Assembly (NCBI RefSeq): GCF_964204645.1
Contig: NC_134025.1
Location: 29,864,299-29,928,298, forward strand
Length of the DNA stretch: 64,000 nt
Source: Tubulanus polymorphus
Lineage: Eukaryota > Animalia > Nemertea
Direction of reading: 5' to 3'
The translations under genes and the position numbers were made by a program. Numbering within the stretch: position 1 is the first letter of the stretch; the number at the start of each line of letters is the position of its first letter. Positions 53,474 to 64,000 of this stretch are shown in pieces. The notes below the pieces were generated by a model. The model was not told where the DNA came from, did not search any database, and worked only from the letters and a program-made list of their open reading frames with translations.

Positions 53474-56400
53474 CTAATCCCAAAATTTGATGGCACCGTC
53501 CCAGCCAGCGGTGACTATTTTAGAAGTTTCATGCGGATGCCACAAACACGCGATACAAACATCATCGTGAGCTTTGAATTTAGTGAATAGTTTCGTTGTT
53601 TTCCAGTCCCAGATGTAAAGTTTACCATCAGCGTCTCCAGATATCAGATAACTGCAAAATACACAAAATCATAAGAATCATCGAAGGACATGAAAAATGT
53701 TTTGCCGAACGAGATGCGGTAAAACTAACCTCATATCTGGTGAAAAGTCCATCATACACGCGTAACCAGCAACCTATAATCAAACAGAACATTGTGTTAG
53801 AAGAATGAGTGCATTAAAATGAGCAGAGACAATTTCATCTATCTATATGAATACAGTGATTGCTCAGTTATAACTACATGTAGTTTGTTACCTAATCGTT
53901 GGTGGTAAGCTTTTATAACCGGATGGGCTTATACCAACTTTGTCGCTTGTGAAAATATCTGATCGTGAATCTAAACCACAGACCGGTTACCAAGTTATAA
54001 CATACTGCATTTGTCACATTAAACACGGTGGGAATTTTGACCCAAATGATGAAATACCCAGTAATTGATGAATTTTGTAATCTAATGAATGGGAGCCTAA
54101 CAAAATATTAACTTAGTATGTTTCATATCACTGCGATCCCTGTGAAACAAACTCCAAGTCCACATGAAGTTTATCTTAACGAGGCTCAGCTGTTTTTTTT
54201 CTACATTAAGCTACGTACCATGTGTCCCTTGAATATTTTCTTGCGCATGTATTTAAATCGATTGAGAACGTTGAAAATAACGATTTGATTATTCATCGAT
54301 TGACATCCGAGCCACTTGCCGTTCGGTGATAACGTTACAGCAGGCATCGAATGCATTGATGGGTCTGCGATATACTTAAAATCAACCGGAACATCCCTGA
54401 AAATAAACATCGCATAACAGAGAATTAGGAGATAGTATATAGAAACTGGACCCAGTTCAACACTTCAGGATCTAGTTTCACAGTTATGAGTTTACATTGG
54501 ACAAGATCCAGGGCCCAATTGCACTGTCATGATGTAATTCCAAAAGTGGTTTCAATTCTTAAGACTAGTCTTACGTTGTAAGATTGGCTATAAGAACTAA
54601 GATGGTCTTAAACTGTAACTCTAAGCCATGACTATACAACTGGCCTCAGGGTCGTGATCATTTAAACTTACCACTCCCAAACACGCAAACTTTTATCATC
54701 GGAAGTTGATACGAATCTTCTATTTTGATCTACGAATGTTATAGTGTTTACAGCTCCTAAATGTCGGTCGTATTCCTGAACGACATCACCGGATCTGATA
54801 TCCCACTAGAAACGCACAAACACAACAGATAATATGTAAGAAGTTTATGAAATACGCTATAACTACTTTAGGTTCGAAGTTCAGAAAACCTACACAAACG
54901 ATTTTCTTGTCGGAAGTTCCGGCCACGAATAAATGCTGTTTATCTTCATCGGGATTAAAACGAACGCAATACGGAACTTTACGACTTGTGAAACGAGAAA
55001 TACATTCACCTGAATAGAGAAACAATCAGATTATAAATAATATATTAAATCTGAGGCGATTAATTAAAGGTGAATTTATCTTGTCAAATCAGATTTGATT
55101 TTTCGTAATCATAATTTGCTAGTCATGTGTAATCTAATCAAATAAGATTTGCACAACAGGATGAATTTGACGCCTTGTTCCAAACGGCTGACAACAAAAT
55201 ACTGTCCCGGCTATTGAAATATTATTTCCTACGAATGAGTTTCAGGTTTCTCTTTCAGTTTTGACATTTGAATCAGTTTTTCGAAAAAAATTTGTGAGGC
55301 AACCATCTTTAAATCGTATCAAATCACTTCCGGGGGTGATTTAATGATTTGACAAATCGATTTGAATTTGATGCCGAGTTAGATTAAAAAATTAGACCAA
55401 ATCTAATTTGATTGACAAGATAAAAACGATTTTGCTTAAAATCAAGTGTAATTTGACGTGATAAATTCGTCTTAAAGCTGTTGAACGATTCTTTACCAGT
55501 TTCTGTGTCCCATAATTTACAGTATCTGTCATAACCACAACTAAGGAATTGAGTTCCGGTGTTGTTGAATGTAACGTCTCTGACTGCCTGACGATGTCCT
55601 AAATATGTCTGCACGCATCTCCTTTTATTATAAACTTCCCAAATCTAAAAGAAATGACAAAGAAACCGGATATGGTGATCAGTCATCAGATTAAAACAGG
55701 ATACCGCTACTAACGAGACTTTGAAGATGAGAGGAAAATCTTGAAACTGTCGAATGATAAACTTTAACTATCATCAATTGTGTGATTATTCAGAAATAAG
55801 ATATTTTCTAATGCATTTTCAATACGATGAAATGACAAATTACCTTAATTTTACAATCCATACTGCACGAGAGTAAAAGATGAGCCGATTTAGGAAACCA
55901 CCTGATCGCCGAGACTCCCTTCGTATGACCGGTCCACGTATGGATCTGTTTTTTCGGTATGAAACATTTGTCGGGTGGATATTCAGATTTCAAATTGACA
56001 CCGATATCTTGAGGTATGTGTAAAAACGATCTGCCTTGATAATCGTGAGAATCTTTGACTGAAATGAGAAAAATATCGAAATTGAAAGTTCCGAATGATT
56101 TTAGAAAATATCGACGATTCTATTGAGCGAAATCTTACTGTGTAACGTAGATTTCTCTTCCATCGGTTTCTCTTCAACTTTCTTCCCTTTCTTGTTTCTC
56201 TTCGCCAGAATCTCATCCAACTCTGCCTGGTCTTCCTATGAACAAAAATTGACATAACAGTGAATATATCGATCCAGGGGCCATACACATCAGTAATTCC
56301 TGAAGGAAAAAATTTTCAAATTTTGAGGGGTGTGTCCATCACAGATGATCCGTCGTACCTCTGAAGGTTTAGAAACTGTTTGTTCATCGACGTATTTTCC

Positions 56401-57716
56401 CCACGGTCCGAGGTATCCGTCGATATCCGAGGCGTCAGTGTTTCTAACGCGTTTACGTTTGTCTCCCGGTCGTTTTTTCATAGCTTCAAACACAGTTATT
56501 CCTACAATAAAGAAATATACCACATTTTAAGTAATATTCCACCAGATGACGACACTATCCTTTCAACTTTGGAAAATTTTTTCATTGTACTTTATTGTAA
56601 ATAATGTGTAATACTCTATGCAGGGTTAGAGTGTGGTAAATCTTATCTTTTATCCGGATTGTAAGAAGACTTCCAAACATACAAAATATATCAGCTTCAC
56701 TTTTCTACTCTTAAGTGTTGAAAAAAATAATCATCGAATAAATGAATAAATATTGTCTCATTGTACCTTTTGATTCTTCCATTGCATCAGCATTTCCGAC
56801 AACTGAAGCCGATACATCTCCGGTATCAACTGACGGATCCAGAGCGTAACCGTAGCTTGTGAAAGTTCTGCGCTGCGTTTCGAATTGGAAATTATTCATA
56901 TGACTCGGTTCGGTGTATCCTGCTAGTTGGTTACGTTTCATACTCTCTTGTTGAGTCTTAAAAGGGTGATCAGGACCGACCTAAACCAATGGATGAAATA
57001 TAAACCAATTTATCATCGATCAATCAGTAATAATGAAATTCCACTGCATTTCAAATGTAGTTAATTTCAAATACTGTAAATTCTATTCAACCGTTACAGT
57101 CTTACCTTTGGAGCGTATAACTGTTCATATCGTGGATTGAACTGTAAATCTTTAGTAGTCGGATCAATTGGGGAACCTTGATCTATATCTTCCTACAGAA
57201 TGACAAACAGATTACATAATTGGTTTATATCGCAACAACATTCAAACTATGACAAAGTTCTAGTTCACAGTTGAAATCTGTATGATTAAAATGGCAGCCA
57301 GAAAATATAGTGTGGAGAGGCGTACGTTGTCGTTGTTAAGGATGAACATCCACAGACAGATCTAAAAAACAATTGTGGAACTTGATCCTGGGCCGGGGAG
57401 CTGGGTCTCAACCTTAAAGCTGGATTAATTGCATAGGGCCATATTTCTATGGTGTTCATTCCTGTTCCAATCTGGCTATCATTCACCAGAAACACTAACT
57501 AAGAGACTAAGAAGAAGGGGGCTCAAGCAAGTTACGAACGACGCCACGAACCTTTGTCACGACCATCGGAGCTGCGTCGAGCACGGCAATTTGAGACTTA
57601 TTTTCATTTTTATTGTAGTTTAGATGCGCAGTATATGAAGCCTCCTCATTGTTTTCTGTATCAGGATTCTCATCAGAATCACTGGAATTCTCTCCGTACG
57701 ATTTCAACGTATCCAT
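53474..57716 (-). CDS. CDC40: Pre-mRNA-processing factor 17 (WD40 splicing factor)
   Basis: Exons 57716-57552, 57192-57106, 56980-56767 ([18 protein letters not shown]), 56501-56359 ([10 protein letters not shown]), 56235-56139, 56058-55844 ([25 protein letters not shown]), 55644-55497, 55009-54894, 54805-54672, 54396-54219 ([14 protein letters not shown]), 53773-53730, 53651-53474 (WDGAIKFWD*). Confidence 0.96.
54509..54650. mobile_element. MITE of the CAGGGCCCAGTT-ended family in a CDC40 intron
   Basis: ccagggcccaattgcactgtcatga ... catgactatacaactggcctcagg; related ends at 32815-32913, 43830-43975, 57372-57390, 62378-62523 and 62598-62616. Confidence 0.55.
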
Positions 57717-57915
57717 TTCGAAATTTTCACGAATATCTCAAATTTTCGCCCGAAGCACCACCTGGCGGCGACCGCGATCAAATCTATTTGTAGTGCCGAA
57801 TGTATAATATTCGGAGTACTCCCACTCCTCCGCCGCGGTACTTCAAATCTCGTAGGATCTCGTCGATTCTCGCTATATCTCGGATATACGCCATTTTGTC
57901 ATTCACTTCCTGCTT
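57717..57915. promoter_or_regulatory. Bidirectional promoter shared by CDC40 and WAVE
   Basis: Head-to-head genes; CpG-rich ~200 bp with YY1-like CGCCATTTT (57889-57897), ETS-like CACTTCCTG (57904-57912) and four TCTCG motifs; probable WAVE non-coding exon ending at 58004. Confidence 0.6.
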
Positions 57916-58802
57916 CAGAGATTTGAGGAATTTGTCGAGACGGATTTAGCGATGAATTAGAGCGTTAGAGAAATGATTCGATTAAATATGTGAACGGTTT
58001 TCAGGTGTGTTCGGTTTATATGTTGTATTTCTAGTGATGTCATTTAAAAACTCATCCTCAAACTCGATTGAGATACCTCTATCACAGCACAGGTTCCCCT
58101 CTTTCTCTAACTAACAATCTTGACTCGACGACGACGGGTTCGACTGACTAATTTTTTTCGCTGGAATTTGTCAATGGGTTTGTCCCGATTACAATAATGC
58201 AACCATTCATTTTTTGTGAAGGTCAGTTTTGATGGTGAAATAGTTTTCTAAGAAGCCAACAACGTATAGGCCAATCACCTAACCTAATAAAAATAAATTA
58301 ATATTGACTTGGAGGATGTTGAACTTGTCGATTGGCAGTTACCACCCAGTGTCAGTTGTAGTTTTGGTTGGTTGATCAAAATTGTAGGGGCAACAGGGCA
58401 GATTGTTTGCTCGATAGTTGGTTAATATGAAAAACCTGTAGTACCTAACCGGCTCATGATGTCCTATAATACGAATAACTTTTACACATCTTATATCTAA
58501 CGCGGTCCGATGACTGCAGGGGTTGATCTAGGAATTTTACATCAAAAGGTAGTAATGGTTAGGATCTGGGGCAGAGACTTGAATTAATGCATGTATGCAA
58601 AATCATTATGGCCACTAGAGTATTGATCTTAGCGTTATTAGGGATTACAGTTGTGGTTAGGTACATAACCATTATGGACACCTAGAACTGCAGTGGCTTC
58701 ATCAGCTGAAATACATTGAGATTTACAAACATTTCCCTAATGCTGTAATATTGATTTTTAGGTAATGAACGAAGAGATTAAAAAGAGGAAGATTATTATA
58801 AA

Positions 58803-61800
58803 ATGCCTTTGATAAAACGGACAGTTGATCCTAAAGAGATCAGTCGCGTGACGGTTCCTCGCGGGATTCAAAATGAATTAGAATGCGTAACGAACCATAC
58901 TCTGGGTAACGTGATTCTACAGTTGAGTACGCTCAGTAAACACGCCGAGGATATATTCGGTGAATTGTTTCAACAAGCCGGTGATTTGTACAACCGAACG
59001 AATCAACTATGCGATCGCATCGATAGGTTAAAAGTTAAAGTGACGCAGTTAGATTCAACTGCTGAAGAAGGTAAGAATTTCATTGTCAACAATGTTTTTA
59101 TTTGCCAGTTTCTTAAAAGTTAGTTAAAGATATCTGGTGGATGAATACCTAGTAACAATTGATTGAACTCTTAATTATCACTACTATGTCAACTAAAACT
59201 TTTTTTCATGCTTCATGTTATTATTTATTGATGAAAAGTTCAGATGATTATCCTGTCCCGTGGCATGGTGGATAAGGTGTTTGACTCACAACTGAGAGGT
59301 TGAGGGTTCGAATCCTAGTGAAACCATGCATTCAGGCAGGACACATATCAGCGTTCATCGACTCACTGATTAAAAAAAGAAATGACGCTGTGGGACAATG
59401 CCCAACTACGGGTCCTCCACATTACTCTAAAGAAGAAGAAGAAGATGAGTCAGTGTCAATTAAGACCGCATTCCTCGTTCTCTGAATTGCGACAGTTTCA
59501 ATTGATTTCTCTATGTGTAAAATATTTTGAAAAGAATTGTAACCCATATTATAAATTCAATCCATTTGGAAAATCATTCAATACATTAGGAAGCTATTTT
59601 AAGTTGTTTACGTGAATGAGGAAGTACTAGAGATTGCAGAAAGAACTTGATTTCATCAGGGATTGGGAAAAGGTCATCTCATTTCTAAGCGTTTATTGTG
59701 GGGCTTCAACTCAGTACTCTGTAAATGTTGTAGGTTTTTCTAGTATTTAGCACTGCGTAAATAATAAGCAACTAATTTGCTGATAATGTAACGTTATTTG
59801 GGTCAAATTTAGTCAGTATTATTTGTATAAACACTAGAATAATAGTATGATAATAACAGTACTGGGCAGAACGGTCGATATTAACTTTCAACTAAGTTCC
59901 TGTTTGAATATGAGACCAGAACTCATAAATACCTGCAAAAATTCAAATGTTAGTCGAGTAGAGATTGATTAGTCTGGCAATTATTGACATTAAAAGCTTA
60001 TCGAGAAGAATATTCATATATCAGTATGTTCTGATATACATTTGTGTACTGTATGTAGCTGGTATGTGCTGAGTAGAACCTTCAGTTCGACTATAGACAA
60101 CTCTTTTCTATAAATGTAGTTGTAAAATCTGCCATCCATATGGATGATCAGACTTTACAAGCACGGACTACGCATTTTCTAGAAGATCAAACTTTAGCAT
60201 GAATCATTCTAAAATAAGAATTTACACGATATTCATTTCAATGATTCCTTATACTGACAGGGTTCCCTCAAAAACCATGAATTCCAAAATTCTGGTCCAC
60301 TGGTAAAAAGAATCCTCAAATTGTGAATTTTTTTAGCCTAAGCCCCTCAATTTCAGAAAATTGTTGCTCAGAAAATTTACATTCTCCATTAAATAGACTG
60401 CTGTATTATGTCTGTGCATTAAGCTAGTACTGAGCTCGTACAACTCGCTGCAACTAAATGTCTTTTATTATTCCCTGATGTACTACGACCACAATGTTAA
60501 TGTATCACTAACTGCTATTAAACCTCACTCTCATAAAGCCATGATCACACGGAGACGATTTGGCCCTGGTCATAAACGCTTCAAGTCTCGCTGTACAGTA
60601 CTGTAGATGTTTAGTTACCTTGGAAAGGGTTAATCTCACTGAGTAAACCGCAATAATTAATTCAATATACATTTATCATATTTTTTCAGTATCCGTTGTT
60701 GAGATACATCTACGTAAACCATTCCGAAGTTCAGTGATAACCGATCAGGAGGTTCTGAAACATGAGACAATGCCGCTTTGTATCCTGGAAACATACGCCG
60801 CGTGTGAACAACCACCTCCTTTAGATAAATTAGATATTTACAGGTTTGTATTCAATCAAGTCTGTTATTTATGCTCTTGAAGAAAGCTTTCTTGAAAATG
60901 AGAAATTTTAATAAGCAAATAGTCAAAATTTATCCTTTATGAAACTCGCCTCAAAACAGATTCAGAAATAGATCGCGTCGATATTAAATTGATTGTATTA
61001 TTTACTGTTATAGAGAGGATGATAAAAGAAGTATGAAATTTTACACTGATCCGATGTATTTCTTCGAGCTTTGGCGACAAGAAATGGAGGAACACACGAA
61101 ACACACTAAACAGAAAACTGATAAAACTAAAAAGCGACACAAGGTAATTATTTCACATAAATGAAAAGTTTTCAGTAGATTCAAAGGAGACAAAAACAGT
61201 TGACAAATCAATTCTAATTGTAATTTTTCTTTCAGCAACAACGTGATCAACAGAGAAAACCAATTAAAATCAGGGAAGTGAAAAAACACGATTACGAAAA
61301 TGAAAAAATGGGAGTCGAATTTCGTCAGCAGCATAAAGGTTACCACATCGAAGGACAGTATCATTCAGAACACAATAAACGACCGAATAGTCTGGAGTTT
61401 CAGTATCCTCAACAACAACAAGGTCAATACCAACAACAGCAGGATCAATATGCAAATCATTCTAACGGACCAGTACATAACGATAGGACTTCAGGATATA
61501 ATACAGAATCAGCAGCGCAATATAGATCACCGCAAACGCAACAGGTTTATCAACAAGAATCGCATTATCAAAATACAGCGATGATGGCCGCTCAATATAT
61601 ACACAACGAGCAAGACGAGGTGCAGATGAGAAATAACGTCAATAATCGAAGTGTCAGTCAAACCCAATCGATAAATAGTCCCCGCCCTTCGGCTCCGCCT
61701 CCCGCTCCTCCCCCGCAGACGTCGTCGCAGTATATCGATAAAACGGATTCTCCGTCAGCCGCGCGGAGAGCTCTACCCCCTCCGCCTCCTCCTCCGACTG

Positions 61801-62871
61801 CAGCGATGGAGAACGGCGACCGACAGAATTACAGTCCGGTGCCGTCCGGGTATTCGCAGAGTCCGCAGATGATCGCTCGTAACGAGATGATAACTCAGAT
61901 ACAGCGTCACTCGCCGGCGCGATCGCTCGACTCTCATCATTCACCGAGTCCCGCTCGTAATACGCCCGATAGTATCAACCTACCCCCGCCCCCTCCTTCA
62001 CCCCCATTACATTCAAATACACCGGATACTCCGATGAGTGGAGGTTCGATGCCTCCTCCGCCTCCTTCACCTCCGCTCGATATCGATTATAGCGATCACG
62101 GCGGTCCGATACCGAGTCCGCCTCCTCCACCACCTCCCCCGCCTCCACCACCTCCCCCACCACCTCCGCCGTCGATACTCGCTAACGGTAACATCATCGC
62201 TCCTCCTCCTCCTCATCCCGATAATATATCACTATCGTCGAATACGAGTTCGATGACGTCTGCTTCGGCTACGACGAGATCATCCGACGAGAATACGCAT
62301 CCATCAGAGAGAGACGATCGCAGTGAATTATTATCAGCTATTAGAAGAGGTAAGATTCACAGGATCTCGTGCTTCATCACGGTCCAGTTTCATGACGAAT
62401 TCACACTAGTAGTTTTGATTAATTGCTTTTGTGGTTATTTCACTCTGTTAATGAGGACAGGACAACAATTCAAACTTTTTCAATTTTAGCTTAATAATAC
62501 ATTTTCATGAAACTTGACCCTGGTCTCTTGGCTGAGTTTCACGCTATACAGGGTTCTTACAGATCAGAGAAATAAATGAAGTTGATTTAAACCATGTACT
62601 GTGGAACTAGGCCCAGCATCTAGCTCCACGGTTATGAGTTGAACTAATGAGTTGAAAATGAATTCTGAATATCTGTGTATTTTTTGTAGGATTTGAATTG
62701 CGTAAAGTCGAACAGAAGAAAGAGGAACAAAAACAGAAACAGAAATCATCGCAACTCGACGTGGAAGCGATAATCCGTGAGTTAGACAAACGAAGGGTTA
62801 ATTTAGAGAATAATTCAGATGAAGACAGCGAGGACGATGATATGGACTGGGATTCGGATCCAGATGAATAA
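58803..62871 (+). CDS. WASF: WAVE/SCAR (Wiskott-Aldrich syndrome protein family member)
   Basis: Exons 58803-59070 (MPLIKRTVDP...ELECVTNHTL...LSKHAEDIFGEL, SHD domain), 60690-60843, 61014-61143 (KFYTDPMYFFELW), 61236-62349 (polyproline; WH2 DRSELLSAIRRG), 62690-62871 (FELRKVE...acidic DDDMDW). Confidence 0.96.
59255..59326 (+). mobile_element. tRNA-derived SINE head or tRNA pseudogene (Val-CAC-like) in a WAVE intron
   Basis: A box TGGCATGGTGG (59261), B box GGTTCGAATCC (59305), CTCACAA loop; stems pair poorly, so not a functional tRNA. Confidence 0.6.
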
Positions 62872-63499
62872 ATTGAGGATTACGGATTGAGATATGGATT
62901 GACTATGATACCGTAGTTTGGTCAGTTTTAGTTTGTTCTGCGATGAAAATGGACATTTTTGCAATAATACGTGGAAGATTTAGACTGGAAATTATGCTTA
63001 TAAGAAGTTCTGCTTTGAAGTTCTTTAAGTTCCAAATCTTTGACGCCGTTTGTCGTCGGTGTTTCCCTTGCGATGTACATGTAATGATAACTGAATTTTT
63101 CTCCCAACTCAAATCTTTTCACCGGAAAAAGAAATTAGAATCTTCCATTAAGAATGCGCCTAGTACTGTATTGGATGGTTGTATGTATTTTAGAATTGAA
63201 GTCCCATGACACAAAAATTCTGCGTCCTACAAATATTGTAAAGCTTCTGCCTTTTATTGCAACACACATCTTCTTATCGATTCAAGCATGTTATTGGATA
63301 GTTTTAGGATCCTTTCGAATTAGCATTTGCAGCAATCTTTGATTAGCTTATGTCGAGCTGAATGGTAGAAAGCCAGCTAACACGAGCAGTGTTATATTTG
63401 TGAGAACTATTTTCCCCCAGAGATTCCTAGATTAGTGTAAAATTGTAATATTCGTTTTGTATATAATACCGTATGTAAAGATGGGATTGTCATAAGTAC

Positions 63500-63500
63500 T

Positions 63501-63575
<75 letters not shown>
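63500..63575. repeat. (TA)n microsatellite
   Basis: ~75 bp of interrupted TA repeats. Confidence 0.95.
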
Positions 63576-64000
63576 AACTAACTCTGATGAGATTTTAAGG
63601 TTACAATTTGACCTCTGAATACATGATCGATTATAAATTCGAGTGAAAATAATAAATATGGTTTTAGATGAGAATTTAGTTTGATCAGGTATTGTTTTCT
63701 TTGATCGGTGGGTGCTCTTACGGTAGGCAATAGACGATGGATAATTTCTGAAAAATTTTTTAATTTGTTCTACGTACAAAAAAATGAGAAATGAGCTTTA
63801 GTTGTATAGAATGGCGTATTCGAGTGCTGACACTGAAATACGGTCATGAGCTTTTATTCGAGAGAAGATCAGCTACTTGTCTTTGCAGAAGCTGGCAGCT
63901 TACACTATGAGTGATCAAAACTCCTGCTGCTCTCTAATCTACCATCAAAAAAACTGATTTTTTGTAAATATTGAACAGACATTATGAGAATGAATTATGA

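Noticed and set aside
59255-59326. Functional tRNA-Val gene
   Set aside because: Acceptor and anticodon stems do not pair; treated as a SINE head or pseudogene

Overview
Eukaryotic (AT-rich, GT-AG introns) genomic DNA from an invertebrate animal. A lophotrochozoan is inferred from the 8-cysteine insulin and the intronless GPCR type; this is not proven. From left to right: the 5' part of an F-spondin/spondin-1 gene (minus, 8 exons seen, two ~10-kb introns, running off the left edge); a tandem pair of intronless rhodopsin-class GPCRs (minus); a calcyphosin-2 (CAPS2) gene (plus) whose last intron holds an apparently intact ~6.1-kb DIRS1-type tyrosine-recombinase retrotransposon (gag, RT-RNaseH-methyltransferase, YR, ITRs, ICR); a two-exon 8-Cys insulin-like peptide gene with a long C-terminal extension (plus); CDC40/PRP17 (minus) head-to-head with WAVE/SCAR (plus). 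MITE-like inverted repeats and tRNA-derived SINE fragments are scattered through introns and intergenic DNA. The strongest second-look items are in the DIRS element: gag and YR in one frame separated by a single TGA, 2 kb of double-coding DNA, a likely leader intron, and an insertion site resembling the element's own circle junction. All exon structures were traced by eye.
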